A DNA stretch of 64,000 bases from Candidatus Binatia bacterium (GTDB lineage Bacteria; Desulfobacterota; Binatia; UBA12015): contig JAQWRY010000021.1 of NCBI GenBank assembly GCA_029243485.1, positions 118,531 to 182,530 on the forward strand. The letters run 5' to 3'. The translations under genes were made by a program, and so were the position numbers. The notes below the pieces were generated by a model. That model ran no database searches. It saw only the letters and a program-made list of their open reading frames with translations, and was not told the DNA's origin. Every line of letters begins with the position of its first letter. Position 1 is the stretch's first letter. Of the stretch, positions 1-8,938 are shown piece after piece.

Positions 1-27
1 TGATGCCGACCCCGCTCGAACTAGTGC

Positions 28-255
28 TCAGTAGTGGGGCGGCGGCGGTTCCTCGTCGGGATCCGCCGTCGTAGGCGACGGAGTATCGAACCCCTCAGCG
101 AGCCTCTTCACCTCCGCCTGCAGCTCGTCGACCTGATTCTGTTGGCGAATCACGACCGAGTTGAGCTCTTCGATGGTCTGCTCCTGGTGCAGGATCTTGC
201 TCTCGAGGATCTGGAACCGCTCGTCGACCTCGTCGGAGATCGGCTGATCGGACAC
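28..255 (-). CDS. slyX: SlyX family protein
   Basis: ORF 28..336(-). Coiled-coil core ILESKILHQEQTIEELNSVVIRQQNQVDELQAEVKRL and the family-typical C-terminus EEPPPPHY. In-frame GTG at 255 gives 75 aa; the R-rich extension to 336 looks non-coding. TGA stop. Confidence 0.75.
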   Translation of the reverse strand: MSDQPISDEVDERFQILESKILHQEQTIEELNSVVIRQQNQVDELQAEVKRLAEGFDTPSPTTADPDEEPPPPHY

Positions 256-262
256 GCTTCGC

Positions 263-754
263 CTATGCCCCGTCCCCCGGCGTATCGTCGCCGAGGCAGA
301 TGCCTTCCTTCTGAACCTGCTGGAGGAACACTCCACCGATCACGAAACACGGTACGCCGTCGGCCTGTGACACCTGGCTGCGCGTTTTCTCGTCTGAGCA
401 GCTCGCCTGGCAACCCTCGAGGACACCAGCCAACTCTTTTTCCGAACACACTTCGGAGATGAGCTCACACTCGCAGATCGCCGCGCACACCTCCTTGCAA
501 CGCTCGATCTTGCAGACCGTGGAACGAGAACAATCGCGGTCGTCGCAGTCCGACTTGCCATCGGCATCGTCGTCCTTGCCGTCGTCGCAGACCGTCTCTT
601 CGGTCGGCGGCGCCGGCTTCGCCGGCTCGGCGGGCTCCGCCGCCGGAGGCGATGCCTTTTCCGCGGTCGGCTCCGGGCCGGAGCAACCGACCAGCCCCCC
701 GCTGAGGGAGGCGACCAGGAAGACGAGCATTGTGGACGTGACTAAGCGTGGCAT
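263..754 (-). CDS. Cys/Asp-rich secreted lipoprotein with MopE-like metal-binding motif
   Basis: Internal ATG at 754 of ORF 263..1090(-). MPRLVTSTMLVFLVASLSGGLVGCS is a signal peptide plus lipobox. VCDDGKDDDADGKSDCDDRDC resembles CxDGxDxDCDG-type metal/Ca-binding repeats. The upstream 112 codons of the ORF are antisense to the PhzF remnant. Confidence 0.6.
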   Translation of the reverse strand: MPRLVTSTMLVFLVASLSGGLVGCSGPEPTAEKASPPAAEPAEPAKPAPPTEETVCDDGKDDDADGKSDCDDRDCSRSTVCKIERCKEVCAAICECELISEVCSEKELAGVLEGCQASCSDEKTRSQVSQADGVPCFVIGGVFLQQVQKEGICLGDDTPGDGA

Positions 755-877
755 AGGCGGAGATGTCTCAATTCTGGCGCGCCGTGTCCATCCCGGGGCC
801 TCGATCCCGCGCCGGCTACGGACGACCCTGAAAAAGTGTCGGTGGACCGCGGTAATCTGCGGGTCTAGGGCCTTGGG

Positions 878-1311
878 ATGGACTTCCAGATCGTCGACGT
901 CTTCGCCGAACGCCGCCGCTACGCGGGCAACCAGCTCGCGGTCGTGTTGAGCGACGAGCTCCCGGACGAAGCCATGCAGGCAATCGCCGCAGAGATGGGT
1001 TTCTCGGAGACAAGCTTCATCGGCGAGGCGAACACGGAGGGACAGTGGCCCGTCCACATCACATCCACGCCCGCATGTTCGCGCCCACAAACGGCGTCGG
1101 CGAAGACCTCGCGACGGGCAGCACTAATGCCTGCCTCCCGCAGTACATCGGAACGCACTCATTCCTGCCGACTCCCGCGGGGGGCGTGTACCGAGTCGAG
1201 CAGGGGTATGAGGTGGGCCGTCCCTCGCTTCTTAGACTACAACTCGCGCCCAGGTTGGAGATTGGCGGACGGGTCTTCAAGACGGCGCGCGGCGCGCTCA
1301 CGAGGGAATGA
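878..1311 (+). pseudogene. PhzF-family isomerase remnant (N-terminal about 55 aa joined out of frame to C-terminal about 85 aa)
   Basis: Frame of ORF 878: MDFQIVDVFAERRRYAGNQLAVVLSDELPDEAMQAIAAEMGFSETSFIGE...WPVHI is a PhzF N-terminus. Frame of ORF 1045: HIHARMFAPTNGVGEDLATGS...EQGYEVGRPSLL...IGGRVFKTARGAL is a PhzF C-terminus. About 150 aa of the middle are missing and there is a +1 frame change near 1050. Confidence 0.6.
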
Positions 1312-1355
1312 CTCGAGCTCGCTCCTCGAACGATTCGGCGATATGGTTACGCCCC

Positions 1356-1763
1356 ATGGCGAGACCCGTCCGTCTGATCTGTTCGATCCTGCTGGCCACC
1401 TGGATGTCGGTGGGGTGCACCGACTCCACGCCACGAGGCCCGGTCGGCGTTTCCGACGGCGCGACGCCCGTCCCGCACGGCGAGTTCAACGGCACTTTTC
1501 TATTCGCCCATGACCCTGGCCAGCCCGGCTTCGAGGTGACGCTCGAGCCCGATGGGAGTGCCTGGTCGACCGCGGCCGGTCCCGGCACGAAGACGCGCGG
1601 ACGCTGGCGCCTCGTGGACGGCGTTGCACGAATTGAATGGGCCGACGGGTGGCGCAACGAGCTGCTGCGCTCCAGCCACGGCTGGACGCAGATGACCTGG
1701 GCGCCGGGCACGGCGGACTCCACTCCTCCGGTGAAAACCACAACCGCCTCCAAACTCCGCTGA
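1356..1763 (+). CDS. hypothetical lipoprotein
   Basis: ATG at 1356 inside ORF 1308..1763. MARPVRLICSILLATWMSVGCTDS is a signal peptide with a lipobox-like SVGC. No family recognised. Confidence 0.5.
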   Translation: MARPVRLICSILLATWMSVGCTDSTPRGPVGVSDGATPVPHGEFNGTFLFAHDPGQPGFEVTLEPDGSAWSTAAGPGTKTRGRWRLVDGVARIEWADGWRNELLRSSHGWTQMTWAPGTADSTPPVKTTTASKLR

Positions 1764-1779
1764 GCGCCGCCCCCGGAGG

Positions 1780-2553
1780 CTATCGCGCGTTCAGGTCGTC
1801 GTCCTTCCAGTATTTGGTGCCGGTGAGATCCGCCGCCCCCATCAGGCCCTTCTCGGTGATCTGGAATACCGCGAGGCCGTTCTTAAAGGTGGCGCCAAGA
1901 TTGGCGCCTACATCGGCAGCCACCAGAGAACCGCCACCGCCGGCATCCCAACCGTCGTTCACGAACTGCTGGAATCGGGCGCGGGTCTAGAAGAGAAACA
2001 CCACCTGGTACCACTGCGCCCCCATCCCAACGTTGATGCCGCCGGTGGCCATCTGCATGTAGGTCCGCGTCCCCGCGGCCCTCTCGACCGCAACGCCCGC
2101 GCCGAACGCGGTCCCGATCATGAAGGACGTCTTGCGACTATCGAACACCGCGTAGCCGAAACTGTCCTCGTAGAGTCGCTTCACCTTCAGCTTGTCGACG
2201 ATCCGCAAGCCGAATTGATCGACAACCGGGTGATCCGTCGGAAACGATTTCTTACCGGTGAGCTTGTAGCGGAGGTACTCGCTCGAGGCCGCGACGCCTC
2301 CGACCGGAAGCGGACCGATTGGGACATTGGGCCGCATCGACACATCGCGCACTTCGCCGAGGAGCTTTCCTGCCGGGACGCAGGGCTCGATACTCTTCTT
2401 CGCGATCTTGCCGTCGAAGGAGCCGAACTGCGACGTCTCGACCTGAAGCTGGGCCCTGATCCGGGCGGAATCTCGAATGCCGAAGCACATCAGATGGTCG
2501 GCAGCGCCCGAGTTCCGGGAACAGGTCCCGGAAGCACAAAACGGCGCGCCCAA
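1780..2553 (-). pseudogene. SYLF (Ysc84-like lipid-binding) domain protein interrupted by an in-frame TAG
   Basis: ORFs 1987..2553(-) and 1780..1962(-) share one frame. Read-through gives ...GGINVGMGAQWYQVVFLF*TRARFQQFVNDGWDAGGGGSLVAADVGANLG..., matching the SYLF core across the TAG at 1987..1989. No signal peptide is present. Cys-rich coding-like sequence continues upstream of the only available start (TTG 2553). Confidence 0.6.
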
Positions 2554-2663
2554 ATCGATGCAATCGGCGTGGGAGGCACAGGACGGATTCGTCGCCCCGC
2601 AGCTTCCTCATCGTCGGGGCGACCTGGGCCGTAAGTGTCCCGGTCAGTGAGCCGACCTTTTCG

Positions 2664-4313
2664 GTGGCGGCCCCGAGCGGGGTCGCGATGGAGAATTGGC
2701 GCGTTATGATGCCCGGCGTGAGCTCTTCTACGACGCCCAAATCTTCGCTCTTCGATCCCGTGCTGATGCCGCATCTCATCATCAGCGGCCTCGAACGGTA
2801 TGACGATCGCCCCTGCCTCCACCTCGGCGAGACGACAGCCACCTACGCGGAGGTTCGCGCTCGCGCGAGCCAGTATGCGCAGGCCCTCCAGTCCAAAGGG
2901 CTCGGGGTCGGATCCCGCGTCGCGGTGATCTCCGCGAACCGGCCGGAAGTGCTCTACAACATCGCCGCGATGCAGGTGACCGGTTGCTGCGGCACGGCGT
3001 TGCACCCGATGGGCTCGCTCGACGATCACGCCTATGTTCTCGAGGACGCGGAAGTCGAAACTCTCATCTTCGATCCGCGACTCTTTGCGGAACGGGCGGC
3101 CGAGTTGGCCGAGCGGGTGCCGCGACTGAAGAACCTACTCGCGTTCGGCCCCTCCCAAGTCGGGGAAGACTACGCGGCCCTCGCGGACAGCTTCACGCCG
3201 AAGCGACTCGTCGCACCGAACGTCGGCGCCGAGGACGTCGGCTCGATCGCGTTTACCGGTGGGACGACGGGCAGACCGAAGGGCGTGCTCGCGACGTACC
3301 GCGGCGCCGCCGCGATGACGATGGCGCAAATGGCCGAGTGGGAGTGGCCCGAAGACTGCCGGGTGTTGATCCCGACGCCCCTCTCGCACGCCGGAGCCGC
3401 GCTCTTCGTGCCGACGCTGCAACGCGGCGGTGCTCTCTACGTGATGGAAGGCTTCACACCGGACGAGTTCTTCGACACGATCGAGGAGCACAAGATCACG
3501 GCGACTTTCCTCGTACCCGTGATGATTTACTATCTGCTCGATTCCCCACGCGCCGCGACCGCGGACATGTCGAGCATGCAGACGATCTTCTACGGCGCCT
3601 CGCCGATGAGCCCCACCCGCCTGAAGGAGGGACTCGAGAAGTGGGGCCACGTATTCTTCCAGATCTACGGCCAGGCCGAAGCGCCGATGGTCCTCAGCCA
3701 CATGAAGAAGGCCGACCACGACCCCTCCAAGCCGAATCGACTAGCCTCTTGCGGTCGGCCGTCGCCCTGGGTGACGCTCGCCCTACTCGACAACGACAAC
3801 GAGCACGTCGCGGAGGGCGAAGCCGGTGAGATCTGCGTGCGTGGGCCGCTCGTCATGAAGGGCTACCACGGGATGCCCGAAGCCACGGCCGAAGCGTTCG
3901 CAGGCGACTGGCTCCACACCGGAGACGTCGGCCGACTCGACGAAGACGGCTTCCTTCACATCGTCGACCGCAAGAAAGACATGATCGTGAGCGGCGGCTT
4001 CAACGTCTTCCCCAAGGAAGTGGAGGACGTGATATCGGCGCACCCCGATGTCGCGCAGGTCGCGGTCATCGGCGTACCCGACGAGCGCTGGGGCGAGTCC
4101 GTCAAGGCGGTCGTCGTCGTACGACCCGGAGCCGAAGGTTCCGAAGAGCTCGCGGGCGCGCTTATCGCCGCGGTGAAAGACGCGAAAGGCTCCGTGCAGG
4201 CGCCGAAGTCCGTCGACTTCCGCGACTCGATTCCGCTCTCCGCGGTCGGCAAGCCCGACAAGAAGGCGCTGCGAGGCATCTACTGGGGCGACCAGGCGCG
4301 CGGCGTGAACTAG
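2664..4313 (+). CDS. AMP-dependent acyl-CoA synthetase/ligase (FadD-like)
   Basis: 549-aa ORF. AMP-binding motif FTGGTTGRPKGV, then WLHTGDVGRLDEDGFLHIVDRKKDMIVSGGFNVFPKEVE. Start uncertain (GTG 2664 or ATG 2688). TAG stop. Confidence 0.85.
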   Translation: MAAPSGVAMENWRVMMPGVSSSTTPKSSLFDPVLMPHLIISGLERYDDRPCLHLGETTATYAEVRARASQYAQALQSKGLGVGSRVAVISANRPEVLYNIAAMQVTGCCGTALHPMGSLDDHAYVLEDAEVETLIFDPRLFAERAAELAERVPRLKNLLAFGPSQVGEDYAALADSFTPKRLVAPNVGAEDVGSIAFTGGTTGRPKGVLATYRGAAAMTMAQMAEWEWPEDCRVLIPTPLSHAGAALFVPTLQRGGALYVMEGFTPDEFFDTIEEHKITATFLVPVMIYYLLDSPRAATADMSSMQTIFYGASPMSPTRLKEGLEKWGHVFFQIYGQAEAPMVLSHMKKADHDPSKPNRLASCGRPSPWVTLALLDNDNEHVAEGEAGEICVRGPLVMKGYHGMPEATAEAFAGDWLHTGDVGRLDEDGFLHIVDRKKDMIVSGGFNVFPKEVEDVISAHPDVAQVAVIGVPDERWGESVKAVVVVRPGAEGSEELAGALIAAVKDAKGSVQAPKSVDFRDSIPLSAVGKPDKKALRGIYWGDQARGVN

Positions 4314-4319
4314 TACACC

Positions 4320-4344
4320 GTAAGCGACATGGCATGTCGCTTAC
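4320..4344 (+). terminator. 25-nt perfect palindrome, candidate bidirectional terminator hairpin
   Basis: GTAAGCGACATGGCATGTCGCTTAC lies 7 nt after the acyl-CoA synthetase stop. It has an 11-bp stem, is AT-richer than its surroundings and has no U-tract. Confidence 0.35.
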
Positions 4345-4351
4345 GATGCAC

Positions 4352-4560
4352 TAGACCCCGTGTCTCGCGTTGAGGTCGACCGCGCCGAGATACTCGGCGA
4401 TCGCGCGGTCGGACCACGAGCCATCCCCGTTCCACCCTTCGTAGAACCCGCAGCGGCCGCCGTGCCTGCGACATTGATGTTCTCCTTCGCGGTCAGAGGG
4501 AACGCCGCACAGTGGCCCCCAGGTCGTCGCCGGAGGCGATCGGCAGTTTCGGCCGGTGGC
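4352..4560 (-). pseudogene. amidase (GatA-family) remnant with frameshifts
   Basis: Minus-strand translation gives ...WGPLCGVP, then after a frame change LTAKENINVAGTAAAAGS. This matches the amidase G-[IV]-P-x-x-x-K-[DE]-N-I-x-V-A-G-x-x-T-x-x-G-S region. Only about 60 codons remain. Confidence 0.35.
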
Positions 4561-6147
4561 TCAGATCGGCGAGATCGGCCGGACGCGGGGCGGGCTGCGG
4601 TCCGCTCGGCGGCGCGGGCACGAGTCGAACGTCTCGATCAACAGGCGCCGCGTGTCCCGCGGATCGATGACGTCATCGATGCCGAAGCCGCCGGCCGCAC
4701 CCAAGGCGTCGGTCTGACTGCGAATGCGATCGACCATCGCCTGACGCGCCACCTCGGGATCTTCCGCGGCCGCGTACTCCTTCTTGTACGCGACGTCGAC
4801 TGCACCTTCGATCGACATCGCGCAGATCTCGGCCGTCGGCCACGCAAACGCGGCGTCCGCATCGAACGCTCGACCGCCGCCCATCGCGTAATACCCACCG
4901 CCGTATCCTTTGCGAAGAACGACCGAGACGCGAGGCACGGTTGCGATTCCCATCTCGAAGAACAACCGACCACTTCGACGACCGAGGCCGGTGTCTTCTG
5001 CCGCGGAACCGATCGACATGCCAGGAATGTCGATCAGCGACACCAACGGCAATCCGAACGCGTCGCAGAGCCCGACGAAGTGCGCGGCCTTCTCGCAAGC
5101 CGCCGCATCGAGGACGCCGGCCTTATGAAAGGGCTGATTCGCGAGGATGCCGACCGGTCGTCCACCCAGCCGCGCGAAGCAGGTGAGGATGTTCTTCGCG
5201 AAGCCGGGCTTCAACTCGAAGACACTTTCCGCATCCGTGAGGATCGAGACGACCTTCCGCATGTCGTAGACCTTGCGGCCGTTCGCCGGAACGATGTCGA
5301 AGAGCCGGTCGTCGCGACGGTCCGCGGGGTCGTCGCACGCAAGGATCGGTAACGGGTCGCCGGCGTTCTTCGGCAAGTAGGAGAGAAACTTTCGGATCGC
5401 CGCGAAGCACTCTTCCTCGGTGTCGACGGCGAGATCGGCGATGCCCCGTTGGTCCGCTTGCCGTGCGGCGCCACCGAGGTCCTCCTTCGAGATCTCCTCA
5501 CCAATCCCGGCCTTCACCAACGCCGGGCCGGCGATGCCCATCGTGGACTTCCCGCGGATCATCACGACGAAGTCGGCCAACGCCGCGTACGCCGTCGGAC
5601 CGGCGAAGCCCTGCCCCATCACGGCGACGACGTTCGGAACCCAACCCGAGAGTCGGCTCAGGTCATGAAAAACCGGGGACGCCGCGGCGAAATGCGCAGC
5701 GTTCATACCGTCCTGGATGCGATGGCCACCGCCCTCGAGGAGCATGACCATCGGCAGACCGCGATCGGTGGCGCGCGCGATGAGCCGCCCCATCTTCCGG
5801 TCGGCCACCGCGCCGATGCTGCCTCCGTAGACGGTGAAGTCTTGCGCGAGCACACACGCCTCGCGCCCATCCAGCATACCCGTGCCTGCAATGGCCCCGT
5901 CCGCCGGTGCGATGAGATCGCGATTGAGCTCGTTGCTGCGATCGGGTTGGACGAGGGCACCGACCTCGCGAAAAGTACCCTCATCGACAAGGGCGCCCAG
6001 CCGCTCGCGCGCGGTCGCCAACTCCTGCGTGCGCCGTTTCGCGACGGCCTCGGGGCGCGCGTCATCCATCAACGCCGCTCTCGTGTCTTCGACCTTCTGC
6101 CGCAGGTCCTGAGGCGACGGCCCCGGGGCGCTTCGTTCCTTGTTCAA
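4561..6147 (-). CDS. acyl-CoA carboxylase carboxyltransferase (beta) subunit, PccB/AccD5-like
   Basis: 528-aa ORF with TTG start and full-length carboxyl-transferase architecture: ...RERLGALVDEGTFREVGALV..., MVMLLEGGGHRIQDG, FAWPTAEICAMSIEGAVDV. Confidence 0.85.
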   Translation of the reverse strand: MNKERSAPGPSPQDLRQKVEDTRAALMDDARPEAVAKRRTQELATARERLGALVDEGTFREVGALVQPDRSNELNRDLIAPADGAIAGTGMLDGREACVLAQDFTVYGGSIGAVADRKMGRLIARATDRGLPMVMLLEGGGHRIQDGMNAAHFAAASPVFHDLSRLSGWVPNVVAVMGQGFAGPTAYAALADFVVMIRGKSTMGIAGPALVKAGIGEEISKEDLGGAARQADQRGIADLAVDTEEECFAAIRKFLSYLPKNAGDPLPILACDDPADRRDDRLFDIVPANGRKVYDMRKVVSILTDAESVFELKPGFAKNILTCFARLGGRPVGILANQPFHKAGVLDAAACEKAAHFVGLCDAFGLPLVSLIDIPGMSIGSAAEDTGLGRRSGRLFFEMGIATVPRVSVVLRKGYGGGYYAMGGGRAFDADAAFAWPTAEICAMSIEGAVDVAYKKEYAAAEDPEVARQAMVDRIRSQTDALGAAGGFGIDDVIDPRDTRRLLIETFDSCPRRRADRSPPRVRPISPI

Positions 6148-6150
6148 TCT

Positions 6151-7752
6151 CTACCTACCGATCCGCTCGCGCTTGACAGCAATTCCGGCGGCCTCCCGGT
6201 CCCACGTATCGGAAGTGACGCCCGCAGCCTTTAATATGTGCTTCTGCACCTTCTGCGTTGGCGTCTTCGGGAGTTCATCGACGATGCGGATGAACCGCGG
6301 CAGCATGAAGTGAGCCATGCGCGGCTCCAGGAAGTGAAACAACTCCGTCGGCTCGAGAGTCTTTCCCTCGACGGCCGCGACGACGACCATTACTTCATCC
6401 TCACCGAGATCGCTCGGCACGGGAACGGCCGCCGCTTCCCGCACGGACTCGAAGGCGGTGACTTCGTTCTCCACTTCGAAGGACGAGATGTTCTCGCCGC
6501 GGCGACGAATCGCATCCTTGATTCGGTCGACGAAGTAGAAATAGCCGTCTTCGTCGTACTTAAAACCGTCCCCCGTATGGAACCAGCCGTTGCGCCACGC
6601 CCGCGCCGTGGCTTCCGGGTTCTTGTAGTAGCCGTGGTTCATCCCCCACGGGCGCTCGGTGCGCAGAATCAGTTCACCCGCCTCGCCCGGCGAGACCTCG
6701 CAGTCGTTCTGGTCGACCACCCGTGCTTCCACACCCGCTCGGACCTTGCCACACGTTCCGCTCTTCGGCGGGAACGGATCCGAAACCATCGGCGAAGAGA
6801 TCTCGGTCATGTTGAACGTCGTCCGCATCTCGATGCCGTAGCGACGCCCCACTGCCATCGCGTCCTCGTTCCATGGGACGCAGACGGCCTTCTTCAGTGG
6901 ATGATCTTTCTCGCCGCTGCTCGGCGGCAGTTTCAAGAGGAACGGGATCATGGCGGCGAGAAGACAGGCCGAGGTCAGCTCGTTGTCCCGCACAGTCTGC
7001 CAGAACTCGTCCGTCTTGAAGTAGGCGTCGAGGAAGCACGAGCCCCCGCAGGCGACCGTCATGATGAAGTAGATCGTCCCGCCGGCATGAAACAGCGGCA
7101 GGTTGATTAGCGAGCGGTCGTTCGCGTCGACATACCCGTGGGCCTCGGGACCCATCGCGTAACCCTGCAGGTAGGAGGAGAGAACTGCCTTGGACGGCCC
7201 CGTCGTTCCCGACGTGAAGATGATGTACTGCGTGTCCCACGGCTCGACGACACAGGGCATCTCGCTCAGACCAACCTCCGGCAGAAGCGTGGCTCCTGGA
7301 TGAACGGCCAGACCGGGCAGCGATGCTTCGCCGTGCGTGACGATCACTTCGCGCAAGGAGCCGCAATCGATCTCTTCCAGCCGGGGCGCGAGATCCGCGT
7401 GGCAGATCATCAGCGTCGCGTCCGAGAGTTGGACGACGTGCTGCAGCAGGTTGGCGCGGTAGGCCGTGTTGAGAGGGACGTAGACGGCGCCGAGATAGTT
7501 CAAACCGAACCAGGTGAGGACGGCCTCCCTATTGTTGGGCTGCCACGACAAAACGTGGTCGCCCGGTTGGACGCCTCGGTCCTGAAGCCCCTTCGCCGCA
7601 CGACGCGTGAGCTCGAGCGTCTCGCGCCAGGTCCACTTCTCACCTCCGCAGAAGAGGATCGCGACATCGTCGGGCTTATCCCGTGCCCAGCGCTCGAGTT
7701 GATACGGAAGGACGCAGATCTCTCGTTCGGGTACTCGTGGATCGAAGACCAT
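6151..7752 (-). CDS. AMP-dependent acyl-CoA synthetase/ligase
   Basis: 533-aa ORF. IIFTSGTTGPSKAV AMP-binding motif; WFHTGDGFKYDEDGYFYFVDRIKDAIRRRGENISSFEVE. Its stop lies 3 nt before the carboxyltransferase start. Confidence 0.85.
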   Translation of the reverse strand: MVFDPRVPEREICVLPYQLERWARDKPDDVAILFCGGEKWTWRETLELTRRAAKGLQDRGVQPGDHVLSWQPNNREAVLTWFGLNYLGAVYVPLNTAYRANLLQHVVQLSDATLMICHADLAPRLEEIDCGSLREVIVTHGEASLPGLAVHPGATLLPEVGLSEMPCVVEPWDTQYIIFTSGTTGPSKAVLSSYLQGYAMGPEAHGYVDANDRSLINLPLFHAGGTIYFIMTVACGGSCFLDAYFKTDEFWQTVRDNELTSACLLAAMIPFLLKLPPSSGEKDHPLKKAVCVPWNEDAMAVGRRYGIEMRTTFNMTEISSPMVSDPFPPKSGTCGKVRAGVEARVVDQNDCEVSPGEAGELILRTERPWGMNHGYYKNPEATARAWRNGWFHTGDGFKYDEDGYFYFVDRIKDAIRRRGENISSFEVENEVTAFESVREAAAVPVPSDLGEDEVMVVVAAVEGKTLEPTELFHFLEPRMAHFMLPRFIRIVDELPKTPTQKVQKHILKAAGVTSDTWDREAAGIAVKRERIGR

Positions 7753-7847
7753 CGGTGGACAATGAAGGATTCGCCGGGGACCCGCCAGGGCGGATCGTCC
7801 CCCACGTGCAGTTCCCGGCTCTTGTGTCCTCCGCCGATGCGTGCGGC

Positions 7848-8738
7848 TTACGGCTTACAAACCATCTTCCCGGTCGTGTGCACCCGGCAGTTCGTGTTCT
7901 CCGCGGTGATGTTCACGTTTTCCTTCATCGTGTAGAAACGAAGCGGCGCCTGGACCGGTCCCGTGAAGCCCTTGTTCTTGAGGCGGATCTTGAAGAGGTA
8001 GTCGTCGGGGTTCCGGCTTGAGGGTCCAGATCGTTCCCTTCTTCACGAAGGCCGGCACTTCGATCAGGTCGCATACGTCGCCCTCACCGTCGCCGTCGTA
8101 ATCTTCCTGACCCGGGTTCGGCGTGAGCGGGCAGTTGTCGTCGGCGTCGGGGATACCATCCAGATCGGTGTCGACGATCGGCGTCTGCGACGTCACCATG
8201 ACGGTCGCGAGGTGGCCGAGCGTGCTCAAGTCGTCCGTGCTGGTGCCGTATAAGAACCCGGCGTAGTGGATCGGCCCGCCGCCATCGTTCGCGTCGAGGC
8301 GCCCCAGGAGAAGGCCCGCGCCGGCCTGAACGGCTATCGGCTCGTCGCGCCGGACGGTGATGCGGCCGCGCATCACGTGATCGACGCTGATCTGGTACCC
8401 CTCGTTCAGGGGATCATCGACCGGAACTCCATCTCGTACCCGACGTTGTGCCGGTAGATCAGAGCGAAGTTGGGCGCCCCCGGCTGGACGACCCGCATGT
8501 CCTGGAAAAACGCGAAATGGTTCGAGAACTCCGTGACGGCGCCTGCCGTGACCGGGGCCATGGTGGCAAGGACGGCCGAGCTTTACTGCCGAAGGATCCC
8601 GTTGCCCGTGTTCTGAGTGACATCGGGATCGCTGAAGTTCGTGACCGACACATTCGTGACCGACAGGGCGACCGAGAGAGACGGAACGGCCAGCACGGCG
8701 AGCACCAGAGCGGAGCGGACTGCGGCTCGAGTGGTCAT
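7848..8738 (-). pseudogene. secreted thrombospondin-type-3 (Ca-binding) repeat protein, disrupted
   Basis: ATG 8738 gives signal peptide [25 protein letters not shown]. In-frame TAA at 8583..8585. Frame change near 8430 into ...[14 protein letters not shown]...[35 protein letters not shown]. Second frame change near 8015 into [52 protein letters not shown], with stop at 7848. Confidence 0.5.
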
Positions 8739-8866
8739 ATCGGATTCCCCCTCGGCCGCGTTCGCCGTACGTCATGGATCAGGAGTATCGCAAGTCCGAT
8801 TCCAGTACCCCCACAGAAGGAAAATCTAATAAAATCAGAGCCCTAGGGCACCCGAGGAGCTATCCC

Positions 8867-8890
8867 GACGGTCACCGCCGGGTGACCGTC
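8867..8890 (-). terminator. hairpin downstream of the TonB-dependent receptor
   Basis: GACGGTCACC-GCCG-GGTGACCGTC is a perfect 10-bp stem about 50 nt after the receptor stop. On the minus strand it is followed by a T-rich stretch (GATTTTATTAGATTTT). Confidence 0.4.
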
Positions 8891-8938
8891 CGAAACGCCG
8901 TGCAACAAGCTGTTGCGCCGCACGGGGCCCCGAGGAGG

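Noticed and set aside
263-1090. Full 275-aa minus-strand ORF as one protein.
   Set aside because: The first 112 codons are antisense to the PhzF remnant and R-rich. A canonical signal peptide with lipobox begins at the internal ATG 754.
4561-7752. The acyl-CoA synthetase and the carboxyltransferase share one frame separated only by TAG-AGA, so read-through would give a fusion. The same holds for MFP/RND at 57754..57765.
   Set aside because: There is a one-in-three chance of shared frame. Both downstream genes have their own starts and normal N-termini, and no homology bridges the junction.
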